In this document: positions 9,348 through 19,200 of the stretch, one piece after another
How the letters are laid out: every line of letters starts with the position of its first letter
Numbering within the stretch: position 1 is the first letter of the stretch
Assembly (NCBI GenBank): GCA_965369865.1
Contig: CBDURU010000001.1
Span: 32,001-96,000, forward strand
Source: an uncultured bacterium
Lineage (GTDB): Bacteria > JAJVIF01 > JAPKYR01
Reading direction: 5' to 3'
DNA: 64,000 nucleotides
Translations under genes and position numbers: made by a program
Notes under the pieces: model-generated
What the model was told of the DNA's origin: nothing
What the model saw: only the letters and a program-made list of their open reading frames with translations
Databases searched by the model: none

Positions 9348-11198
9348 CTACCTGGTCTCAACAGCATCGAATTTACACACACTCTTACAGGCTCCGCACT
9401 TAATGCACTTAGTGGTGTCAATAACATGCCGTACTTTCTTTTCACCTGAAATCGCGTTCTCAGGGCAAGCTTTCTTACAAAGGCCGCAAGCAGTACATTC
9501 TTCATTTATGTAATAGTGAATCAGTTCTTCACAGACTCCAGCCGGGCATCTCTTGTTCTGGATATGCTCGACGTATTCATCGCGGAAGTACCGCAAGGTG
9601 GACAGCACAGGATTTGGTGCTGTCTGACCCAAGCCGCACATTGTTGTGTCCTTAACTGTTTCCGCAAGTTCTTCGAGGAGATCCAACTGGTCAAGGGTCC
9701 CCTTACCCCTGGAGACATCATCGAGGATTTCATACATCCGTTGAGTCCCCATCCGACATGTGAAACACTTCCCGCAAGATTCGTCCTTCAGGAAATTCAT
9801 GAAATACCTGGCGAGATCGACCATGCATGTGTTCTCGTCCATGACGATCATGCCCCCTGATCCCATGATAGAACCGACTTTTGCCAGGCTGTCATAATCA
9901 ATTGGCAGATCAAACTTATCTACAGGAATACAACCGCCGGATGGTCCTCCTGTTTGAACGGCTTTTATCTTTGCCTTGCCGACAGGTCCTCCTCCGATGT
10001 CATATACAATTTCATTGATCGTGATGCCCATCGGGACTTCAACCAAACCGGTATTCTTTATCTTACCCACGAGGCTGAATATCTTGGTTCCAGAGTTCCC
10101 ATCGGTTCCTGTTTTAGCGTACTCAGTTGCTCCGTAATCTATAATGACCGGAATATTGGCCCAGGTTTCAACGTTATTAATAACGGTAGGTTTTCCGTTG
10201 ATACCTTTTTCGATGGGAAATGGGGGACGCTGACGCGGCTCTCCCACCTTACCCTCGACAGACCGCATCAAGGCTGTTTCCTCGCCACAAACGAACGCAC
10301 CGGCACCTTTCACAATCTGGATATCGAAGGAGAAATCGGAACCAAGTATGTTCTCACCGAGTAAGCCAAGATCCCTGGCTTGGTTAAGGGCAATAATCAG
10401 GTGTTTTATTGCCAGGGGATACTCATTCCGTATATAGATTACCCCGTCAGTAGCTCCGGAGGCATAAGCGCCGATGATCATTCCTTCTATGATGCTGTGT
10501 GGGCTGCCCTCCAGCACGCTCCTGTCCATGTATGCGCCAGGATCACCCTCATCCGCATTACATACAATATATTTACCTTCGCCGTTATGCTGTTTAGCGA
10601 GTAGTTCCCATTTAATTCCAGTTGGAAAACCTGCTCCCCCGCGTCCTCGTATTTCTGAGGTTTTAACCTGTTCAATCACCCATGTCGGATCCCTTTTTTC
10701 AAGGATCTTACAAAGGGATGAATATCCGCCGTTTTCGATGTAATTATAAATACGAATCGGGTCAACTTTTTCGTTCAGGGCGAGAAGAATCCGAGCCTGC
10801 TTTTTAAAGAAGGGAATATCTTCCTGTTTCTCGATCCTGTCACCAGATGGAGAATCAACATAAAGAAGATCTTCCAGGACCTTATCTTTCAGGACTGCAT
10901 CAATAATCCGATCCACATCCTTCGGTTTCACTTTTGGGTAAAATGTTCTGTTGGGCTCGATAAGCAGCGAGGGCTCCATCTGACAGAAACCGTGGCATCC
11001 TGTAATCCGCAGATTCACTTTCCCCATTAACCTTTTGCCAAGTATCCTGCGCTTCGCTGCCCGGATAAGCTCATTGGCGCCACTCGCCTGGCCACAAGTG
11101 CCAGCATTAATGATTATTGTGGGAACGCCGGGATCGCTATCTTCTGTCAAAACGGAGCGGAGTCTATTAAATTCGTCTATCGACCTTAGGTTTTCCAT
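9348..11198 (-). CDS. nuoF: NuoF/HydB-like NADH/FMN-binding subunit with N-terminal [2Fe-2S] and C-terminal 2x[4Fe-4S]
   Basis: RGRGGAGFPTG, NADEGDPGA, GAGAFVCGEET, GGPSGG, ESCGKCFTCR, CGLGQ. The symbol marks the family only; this is not complex I. Confidence 0.92.
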   Translation of the reverse strand: MENLRSIDEFNRLRSVLTEDSDPGVPTIIINAGTCGQASGANELIRAAKRRILGKRLMGKVNLRITGCHGFCQMEPSLLIEPNRTFYPKVKPKDVDRIIDAVLKDKVLEDLLYVDSPSGDRIEKQEDIPFFKKQARILLALNEKVDPIRIYNYIENGGYSSLCKILEKRDPTWVIEQVKTSEIRGRGGAGFPTGIKWELLAKQHNGEGKYIVCNADEGDPGAYMDRSVLEGSPHSIIEGMIIGAYASGATDGVIYIRNEYPLAIKHLIIALNQARDLGLLGENILGSDFSFDIQIVKGAGAFVCGEETALMRSVEGKVGEPRQRPPFPIEKGINGKPTVINNVETWANIPVIIDYGATEYAKTGTDGNSGTKIFSLVGKIKNTGLVEVPMGITINEIVYDIGGGPVGKAKIKAVQTGGPSGGCIPVDKFDLPIDYDSLAKVGSIMGSGGMIVMDENTCMVDLARYFMNFLKDESCGKCFTCRMGTQRMYEILDDVSRGKGTLDQLDLLEELAETVKDTTMCGLGQTAPNPVLSTLRYFRDEYVEHIQNKRCPAGVCEELIHYYINEECTACGLCKKACPENAISGEKKVRHVIDTTKCIKCGACKSVCKFDAVETR

Positions 11199-11260
11199 TT
11201 ATAAAACACTTCCTGTATTCCCGTTTTCTCTCCCGGCTTTCTGCAAACGCTAAATAATCA

Positions 11261-12109
11261 CTAGAAATTGACTCCGCTGAGATCCAGCATATGGTTCTTA
11301 CAACCCTTTCGCGAACATATCTGGACCATTCCTCCCCCGCTGACAATCATAGGAATCATCGGTGCACCACACATTACACAGTTCGTTGCACCTTTAAGTT
11401 CAGCATGGCAATGTGGGCAGAAGAAATGCACTACAGTTTCTTTCGGTATTTCATACTCGGAGAAAACCTTGTAGCTCCCGTACATGGAGGAAATTGTCAG
11501 CCAGCCATGCTTGCTGCCAAAGGATGCTGTCACACGTATCGATGGGTAGTCATCAATAATGCGTAAAGGGTCCATAAGGCTGTGGTTACACTTGGGACAG
11601 CTGACCTCAACGGGAAAGATATGATAGTCCTGCTCCAGATCCGCTGTTTCGAAACCTTCGGTGGCCTTCCCAATAATTCCCCTGACCTCTGTTTGCCCGA
11701 CATTGGAGAAGTAGTGTCCATCGACCACAACGATAGGACCAAGTGCACAAGCTCCAAGACAAGCCACTGTCTCCAGAGTGAATTCCTTATCAGGTGTAGT
11801 CTCACCGGCCTTGATGCCCAACTGGCTTTCAAATTCCTTGACTATAACCGGTCCTCCCCGGACATGGCAGGCTGTGCCAAGACAGGCACAGATAAGATGT
11901 TTCCCCCTGGGCTCCAGGCTGAAGGCCTTATAAAAGGTGGCCACGCCGTAGATATCAACGAGGGGGATGTTTTTCGCCTCGGCAACCATCCTTAAGGCTT
12001 CTTCAGGAAGGTAACTGAACCTTGCCTGTATGTCCTCGAGGATGGAAATCAGACCGTCCCCTTCCTGACTGTGTTTATCGAGTATATCCTGGACAATATC
12101 TGGATTCAT
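11261..12109 (-). CDS. nuoE: NuoE/HydC-like [2Fe-2S] subunit with a Cys-rich C-terminal extension
   Basis: VATFY, CLGTACH, CLGAC; tail with CPKC, CPHC, CVMC and CSRKGC. Family-level symbol. Confidence 0.9.
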   Translation of the reverse strand: MNPDIVQDILDKHSQEGDGLISILEDIQARFSYLPEEALRMVAEAKNIPLVDIYGVATFYKAFSLEPRGKHLICACLGTACHVRGGPVIVKEFESQLGIKAGETTPDKEFTLETVACLGACALGPIVVVDGHYFSNVGQTEVRGIIGKATEGFETADLEQDYHIFPVEVSCPKCNHSLMDPLRIIDDYPSIRVTASFGSKHGWLTISSMYGSYKVFSEYEIPKETVVHFFCPHCHAELKGATNCVMCGAPMIPMIVSGGGMVQICSRKGCKNHMLDLSGVNF

Positions 12110-12130
12110 AACTCATTATCCTTGCCTGTA

Positions 12131-12475
12131 CTAGCAGTACTCCTCGCAATGCCATACCCCAACTTCCGTGTTTGCATGCATGCACGTGTCTCTGTTATCA
12201 CAATTGACGCAGAGACCCTTTAGAATCATCGTTTCCTCGGGAACATCCGCCGATCTCGCCACTTGAGGGGAAACTCCAGCCTGATATTCATACTCCTCAC
12301 AGTAATGTACAGGATATCCCGGCGTCCGATGAATGCAATGGGGGGTTGCGGCGCACGTGGAGCACAGATCCTGGAACTGCTCATGGGGTTTGATTTCAAG
12401 CACTTTCTTCTCTTTGGCACGTCGGGCTTTCTTCGCCTTCGTGGCTTTCTTCTTCTTTACGCTTGCTTCTGACAC
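12131..12475 (-). CDS. Small Cys-rich protein with two LCxxC...C...CEEY repeats and a Lys-rich N-terminus
   Basis: LCSTC..HC..YCEEY and LCVNC..TC..HCEEY; GTG start with an AGGAGG RBS. Confidence 0.75.
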   Translation of the reverse strand: MSEASVKKKKATKAKKARRAKEKKVLEIKPHEQFQDLCSTCAATPHCIHRTPGYPVHYCEEYEYQAGVSPQVARSADVPEETMILKGLCVNCDNRDTCMHANTEVGVWHCEEYC

Positions 12476-12540
12476 CTTGTGCCTCCTTGATTGATTTTAC
12501 TTGCTGACTTCCATTTGAAACCCAGCCGCAAGCATTACCT

Positions 12541-12557
12541 TCCAAATGTTGTGCCAA
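12541..12557 (-). promoter_or_regulatory. Candidate sigma54 -24/-12 promoter
   Basis: Minus strand TGGCAC-AACAT-TTGG (one mismatch at -12), about 65 bp upstream of the operon and next to a sigma54 activator gene. Confidence 0.5.
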
Positions 12558-12721
12558 TACGGAGTAAGAGCCTGCAAATAGTCTATAAAAAGAGAAAATT
12601 TTCACAAAAGCCCTGTTTGCCAGGCATTTCGCGATAAAAAATACGGAAAATCGCCGAGTTCAGGCAATCATTCTGTAAAATATCAGGTGAAAGAAGAGGA
12701 AATATTGATGAAATTTGAATC

Positions 12722-12742
12722 GGTGGGGAATTTCTCCCCACC
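12722..12742. promoter_or_regulatory. Inverted repeat GGTGGGGA-N5-TCCCCACC; candidate upstream activator site or weak terminator
   Basis: Perfect 8-bp arms about 170 bp upstream of the sigma54 motif. Confidence 0.4.
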
Positions 12743-12753
12743 CAGGGCGGCTA

Positions 12754-14106
12754 CTATTTATCAGGCAGGTCACTGGCTTTGAGTTTCTCTCTAAGCGTTT
12801 TTCGATCGATCCCAAGTATCTTTGCAGCCTGGGTTTTATTCCCATCAACGCTGGCAAGCACCTTGCGAATATACTCGGTTTCGACCTGGGCAAGGCTTCT
12901 ATCAAGCCCGGTAGTATTATTTACGGAGAAACGCATCAGTGAAGGGAAATCATGAACGCCAATTACATCCCCATCGGTCATGACAATAAGCTGTTGGATC
13001 AGGTTCTGAAGCTCACGGACATTTCCGGGCCAGGAATAATTCATCAGGGCACGCAATGCGTCGTCGCTATACGAGGGCGGCACCCTGCTAGACTCCTCGG
13101 CGAATTTTCTCGTGAAATGATTAACCAGAACAAGGATATCTTCTTTTCTCTTGCTGAGAGGAGGTATGGCAATATTAACAACGTTCAGCCTGTAGTACAG
13201 ATCCTCCCGAAACGAGCCGTTTTCGACCAGCTTCAGGAGGTCCTTATTCGTAGCAGCGAGTATTCTTACATCAACTTTACGCGGCTTTGTAGAACCCACC
13301 ATACAGATTTCTTTGTCCTGCAGCACTCGAAGGAGCTTCACCTGCATAGCAAGGCTCATTTCACCAACTTCATCGAGAAAAATCGTGCCGCCATCGGCAG
13401 TCAGGAAGAAACCGGCGCGTGTTTCATTTGCCCCGGTGAAAGCCCCCTTAACATAACCGAAGAGTTCGCTTTCGAGAAGGCTCTCGGGGATACCGCCGCA
13501 ATTCACGGGTACAAAGGGAGATGAAGCCCTGGGGCTTGAATAATGTATGGCCCGGGCTACGAGTTCCTTACCGGTGCCACTTTCGCCATAAATCAGCACA
13601 GTAGCGGTTGTCGATGCCACTTTATCAATGGCATTGTGAACTTTAAACATGCCATCCGAACTTCCGATCATGCCGCGCGATTCAAACGAACCAATATTCA
13701 GTGGGGCCTCTGCAGTCCTGCGCATATGCAATTTCTCAAGCGCTGTCTGAACAGCACCCAGGAGTTCTTTATCTGTAAACGGTTTGGACAAATATTCTTC
13801 GGCTCCAGCCTTGACCGCCTCCACTGCTCCCCCGACAGTGGCATAGCCGGTGATCATCATCACCTCGGTATCCTTGTAATTTTCTCTGATATGCCTAATC
13901 AGATCGAGTCCGCTGACCCTGGGCATTTTCAGGTCGGTGATAACGAGGTCCAGGGTGGTGGACTCAAGTGTTGTGATCGCCTCGACGACATTTAATGCCG
14001 TGAAAACATGATATCCCTCCCTGGTAAGATTCCTCCGAATTACTTCCAGAGTGGGTTCGGAGTCATCCACAACCAATATGCTTTCCTTTTCATTCTGCGG
14101 TTTCAT
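12754..14106 (-). CDS. Sigma54-dependent NtrC-family response regulator
   Basis: Receiver (VVDD, DLKMP), GESGTGKE, GAFTGA, FLDE, WPGNVREL and Fis-type HTH; start moved to ATG 14106. Confidence 0.95.
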   Translation of the reverse strand: MKPQNEKESILVVDDSEPTLEVIRRNLTREGYHVFTALNVVEAITTLESTTLDLVITDLKMPRVSGLDLIRHIRENYKDTEVMMITGYATVGGAVEAVKAGAEEYLSKPFTDKELLGAVQTALEKLHMRRTAEAPLNIGSFESRGMIGSSDGMFKVHNAIDKVASTTATVLIYGESGTGKELVARAIHYSSPRASSPFVPVNCGGIPESLLESELFGYVKGAFTGANETRAGFFLTADGGTIFLDEVGEMSLAMQVKLLRVLQDKEICMVGSTKPRKVDVRILAATNKDLLKLVENGSFREDLYYRLNVVNIAIPPLSKRKEDILVLVNHFTRKFAEESSRVPPSYSDDALRALMNYSWPGNVRELQNLIQQLIVMTDGDVIGVHDFPSLMRFSVNNTTGLDRSLAQVETEYIRKVLASVDGNKTQAAKILGIDRKTLREKLKASDLPDK

Positions 14107-15847
14107 TAATATTTCCCTCGACGTTACCGGAGCCTTCAATGGGAATCCGAATTTCAAAACTGCTGCCTTTACCAACTGTGCTGTGTACTTTTATAGTTCC
14201 GCCGTGTGAAGTTACAATACCATGGACCACCGGGAGACCAAGGCCGGTACCTTCATCAATGTCCTTTGTTGTAAAGAATGGAATAAACAACTGCTTTTTC
14301 ACATCATCGTTCATGCCGATGCCGGTATCTTTTACAACAATGCTGATATCATCCCCTGTGGCTTTTGTAATTATTGAAATTTTGCCGCCATCGGGCATCG
14401 CCTGGATGGCATTGACGATAAGATTGACAAGCACCTGCTGCATTTGAGCCCGATTGGCGGTAACCTCGGGTAAATCGGGAGCAAGTGAACGAACCAACTC
14501 GATTCCCGACTTGGAACAACGAGCCTCAAGAAAAAACAGCCCCTCTTCAATTACCTGATTCAAATCGATCCTGCTTTTATCAGTAGGCAACTGCCGTGCA
14601 AACAGCATGAGTTTTTTCACAATTTCACGAGCATGCAAGGATGCTGTGATAATCTTGTCGATATCAGATTTAACATCATCATGAAGCCCCTCATGCTTGA
14701 GAATGAGTTGCGCAAATCCAAGGATATTGCCCAGGGGCTCATTGAATTCATGGGCTACACCGGCGGCAAGCTGTCCAATCGTTGCAAGCCTGTCGGCGTG
14801 CCTTAATTGATCCTGAAGTTTGTGCCTGTCGGTTTCAGCAATTCTCCGCTCGATTATCCGCGCGACCTGTTTTGATATTGCATCGAGCAGGTGCCGTTCT
14901 TCCTCCAGAAAAGGCCCCTCATCAAGCTCCGGCATCTCCATAGAGTATGCAACCTCGACAACCCCTCGTTTCTCACCTTTTATTAAAATATCCTCCATTT
15001 GTCTCTGCCATTCGTCCTGAAAATCGGAAGTTGAATATGAGTGTTCATCATAAATTATCCTTCCATGCGTAACCTCGGGATATTGCCAGCCTTGTGGAAG
15101 AATTTCTGCGATTCTCTGGAGGATCTCGTCCAGCGCCAGATTGGACTGAGCGGATATCCTGGCAATATCATACAGGCATGAAAGCTCTTTTACCCGCTCA
15201 CGTAACGCGGCTTGAGTGCTCTCGTTCACGAGGGCAATACCAAGGGTCTGAGCAATGCCCTCATAAAACTCAATATCCTTTTCATCAAAGAAATTCTCCT
15301 GCCTGCTTTTCATCTGCAGAAGCCCGATATTCTCCCCGGCTGTAATAAGGGGAATCAGAGTAAGAGAATTATATTCCGCAGAGTGGCCTGCCTTGTCGCC
15401 AGGCGGTTGGTGTCCGGCGGCAATAAATTCACCCGGTATTTCTTTTATATCGCCAATCCAAAAACTACCTTTTTTTGTCATGTATCGCGACGATGACTCT
15501 ATTTTTCCCAACAGCACTTTTTTAATCAGAGGATCGCTTACCTCTACATTCCTACTCGACCCATTTCCCTCTTCAACGCCGGGTTTCATTACATCGAATG
15601 TAAATGACTCCTCACGTACCCTGGCCGCCTCACCGTAATAATTTACAAGATCATCGGCAGTATATATCCCTATAACGTCACAGCCGGTGAAATCCAACAG
15701 GATCCTGGTTATTTGTCTCAGGAAATCACTAATGGAGCTTCCCAGGTTTGCATGTTGAAGGATGCGCAACGAGAGCGAGTGTAACTCCTCGACAGACCTT
15801 CGCTCAGGCGAGGTGTCTGTCGGATCATTTGATGCTTGCTTTTTCAT
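14090..15847 (-). CDS. Cytoplasmic GAF-domain sensor histidine kinase
   Basis: AHEFNEPL H-box, NLIVNA, DTGIGM, PFFTTK, GTGLGL; overlaps the regulator start. Confidence 0.93.
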   Translation of the reverse strand: MKKQASNDPTDTSPERRSVEELHSLSLRILQHANLGSSISDFLRQITRILLDFTGCDVIGIYTADDLVNYYGEAARVREESFTFDVMKPGVEEGNGSSRNVEVSDPLIKKVLLGKIESSSRYMTKKGSFWIGDIKEIPGEFIAAGHQPPGDKAGHSAEYNSLTLIPLITAGENIGLLQMKSRQENFFDEKDIEFYEGIAQTLGIALVNESTQAALRERVKELSCLYDIARISAQSNLALDEILQRIAEILPQGWQYPEVTHGRIIYDEHSYSTSDFQDEWQRQMEDILIKGEKRGVVEVAYSMEMPELDEGPFLEEERHLLDAISKQVARIIERRIAETDRHKLQDQLRHADRLATIGQLAAGVAHEFNEPLGNILGFAQLILKHEGLHDDVKSDIDKIITASLHAREIVKKLMLFARQLPTDKSRIDLNQVIEEGLFFLEARCSKSGIELVRSLAPDLPEVTANRAQMQQVLVNLIVNAIQAMPDGGKISIITKATGDDISIVVKDTGIGMNDDVKKQLFIPFFTTKDIDEGTGLGLPVVHGIVTSHGGTIKVHSTVGKGSSFEIRIPIEGSGNVEGNINETAE

Positions 15848-16082
15848 GCCAAGATCAATGTTAGTGTGGGTCGCATGAAATGTAAAGAGGAGATAAACAA
15901 ATCATATCAAGGTCAGAAATGTTTCAAGCGGTATCGGGAAGCGTATGCCGGGGTTTACGATTAGCCAGGCCATTCTATCCTTCGCATGCAACCGGAAGAT
16001 TTATGGCATGGCCGTTCAAGCGGGTTGTGTGGATTATTAGATATGACACCACGAAACAGGTACAATACAAACCAGTACTTAA

Positions 16083-16222
16083 GGGGCTGTTGATAAAGTT
16101 ATTAGACTGAAAAATCACAAGGGATCAAAGGTTCCGATACCGTTTCCCAAGCGGACGGGACGTCCGCGGTACTGCAGGCGGGACGCATGCGCTACGGGAT
16201 TTAGTACTTTATCAACAGCCCC
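16083..16222. mobile_element. 140-bp MITE copy 2 with terminal inverted repeats and TTAA target duplication
   Basis: GGGGCTGTTGATAAAG...CTTTATCAACAGCCCC flanked by TTAA at 16079-16082 and 16223-16226. Confidence 0.87.
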
Positions 16223-16275
16223 TTAAGGAAGGTATTTTTCTTAATTGCCGGCTAACACTCCACAGGAGGAAAAAA

Positions 16276-19200
16276 ATGCATAAAAGCTATCTTCGTATCC
16301 TGCTTTGCCTGACAACGGTTATCCTGCTCGTCCCGCAGAATTCACCAGCGGAAATCGGATCGGACCCGGACCCTTGTGAAACCTACACATTTGAGCGGGA
16401 AATCCGGCTCGCACCCGGGGAATTCTATGCTGTGATCTACAACAATGACCGAAAAGAATTCACCGGGACCGAACCCGACCGCGGTTACGAGGGCCTTCCC
16501 GACAGCGCCCTCAGACAAGTTCTTCGCTCTCCTCTATGGCTCAGAGAAAAATTCATCGACAGGCTTGTCGACCTTTACTATGACGATATCGATGTGGGCG
16601 ATGATGCTGTACCTTTTTTTCGGGATGTCAATGATGATGAGCTGAGAGACCTTCTGGTCGGCAACCCGGATGGCGAAATCAAATGCTTCCTGGCTCCATA
16701 TTTCAGGGAAAATCAGGATTTTGAGACTGGCGATATTGGAACAAATGCAGTTGCGGAAGGGCATGGATTCAGTTTGACCGGGGCAGAAGATGGATCAATT
16801 ACTGTAATAACAGATGGAGAAATCGACGCGCAACTTCAAGATAACCTTAACCGCATAAAAGTGGAAGGGAACTCATGTCCAATCTTTGAGGATATCAACG
16901 GCGATTACCTGCCCGACCTTTTGATCGGCTCATCCGATGGCACCATCAGCGTTTATGAAAATTTCGGTACTAAAGAAAAATGGTGGTTCGTTTCATTCAA
17001 TACTGCAACCGACCGGAGATTCGATGACGATATCGGCTACCTTTCATCACCCCGCATAAAGGATGTCAACAACGATGGCATAAACGACATCGTGAGCGGC
17101 GCTAAAGACGCGCAGGGATTAAGAATCTATTACGGTCCCGATTACACCGAACCAGTCGGTTTCAACTATGATTCCGCTAATGCAAACCGCTTCGATGGCG
17201 CTATCGTCCCGGCGCTTGGTGACTTTAACGGCGATGGCCGATGCGACCACGCAATAGGTCTCGAAGACGGCAGCATTCAGGTTTTCATCACCGATCAGGG
17301 TAACGTATCCCACTGCAGTGAAAATTTTTCAAGGGGAATAAATGTCCCGGGATTCGCAACTCCCTGTTCAGCCGATTTCGATGGCGATGAGATATGTGAT
17401 CTTATAGTTGGCGCGGGTGATGGGAAACTACATTTTTTCAAAGGCACTGGCGATGGATTTGAAATTCTCCATGATGTTTTTGATGGAATTGAATTTGGGG
17501 AATACCCTTCACCTGCCGGATTCGATTTCAATCACGATTCCAGGACAGACCTCGTGGTCGGAAACCGCGCCGGTGAAATCAAAGTTTTCCTGGCGCCTGA
17601 CTGGATTGAGGTCGAACGCGGCCTTGGACTTGTTAACTCCGGAAATTTCACCTCCCCGGCCTTCGGCGACCTCACCGGCGACAATATTCCGGAACTCCTC
17701 ATCGGTTCGATTGACGGGACCTTCCGTTATTACGAAGGCCGGGATGCATCGTGGACCGAGTGCTACTCATGGCAGTTCCATCAAATGTTCAGCGGTGGAG
17801 GAATTGAAGGTTACCTCGAACGGACACATGCCGAAGCGACCCTTTTCCGCGGTATGAATGATGACGAGGCACTGGACGCATTCCTCGAAATTTTTGAAAA
17901 TTCGGCCGATGAATATTTCGATGAGGTTGTCTTCGCCTTCTCCAACATACAAACCGAAATGCTTCGAACGATGAGCCGTCTTAATAACGCCGATCTTCTC
18001 CTTGAGAATGCGCGTGCCATCTACGATTTCGCATCCCGGGTTAAATACGCAAATATCAGGGAAAAAGGGGATTACACAACCATCGAGTATGTCTCCGAAG
18101 ATGGCGCACTCATGGAGATGCCTCGCGATATCTACTACTGGTGGGTTGTACATCCCGTGGTCGAGTATGAAATTCCAGCGCGTATCGACGCATCGTACTT
18201 TCGGCATGACGCTGATTTTTACGGCATTACGGAAGAGGAATGGACACGAAAAGAAATCACCGCGGATGAATTCGAGCACACTCCGGATGCGTACTTCTGG
18301 CGGACTTTCCTGCCGGTCGACAGGCGCTACGGTATGAACCTGCTCGATGTCGTCGAACCCGCTGAAAATATCAGGGAGGCGGCCTATTTGATCGCCGACT
18401 GGATCACATATTCCGGTTCGAGAACGGGACGCTGGAACGAATACGGTTTGCAAAGCAGCGACCTTCAGCCTCTTGTCATCTACGAGAAAAATTATGGTTC
18501 CTGCGGCGAGCAGGCGATGATGGGTGTCGCATTTTCACGAACCGCGCTTATCCCGAACGCGCCTGTGGGATGCTCTGGCGAGGATCACGCATGGAACGAG
18601 TGGTGGATGGACGGGCAGTGGTATCAATGGGACCTCAGCCATGCAATTACAGGCCTTGGACATCCATGGAATGAGAGGCGCGGACATACCGGCACACCCC
18701 TCCTATCAATTACACGACGCAGGGGGGATGGTCTCGTGCAAAATTCAACAACCCGTCCGGTCAATCCACCAGGCTCAAACTATAATCCCGATAATGCCCC
18801 AGGATATACCGAGGTCGGACGTGTGACGATCAGGGTGGTGGACGAAATTGAAGAACCTGTCGAGGGCGCTCTGGTGGTCATAAGAAGCAAGTGGAATAAC
18901 TACTACCGCACTTCTATCTGGGATTACACGGATCCCGAAGGTTATTGCTATCTGGAGCTTGGCAATCCTGCCACCGGTTCATGTGTTGTGGACGTCATCA
19001 CGCCGCTTGGAAATACCGGCACCGAATATTTTATCGTCAGGGAAAATGAGGAGTGCGAATACACATACACACTACCGGGACGTTTTAACGGGAGAATTTT
19101 GGATTCTTCATCGTTCGGAACACGCGATTCCACTTTGAATAATCTCGAAGTCTCCATAAACGTAATTGAGGAAGAGCAAAGACCGCAAAATTTCTCGACC

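Noticed and set aside
8639..12109. Respiratory complex I or an [FeFe]-hydrogenase
   Set aside because: No membrane Nuo subunits and no H-cluster motifs.
12590..12607. Second Rex-like box (AAGAGAAAATTTTCACAA)
   Set aside because: Only one half-site is good, in AT-rich sequence.
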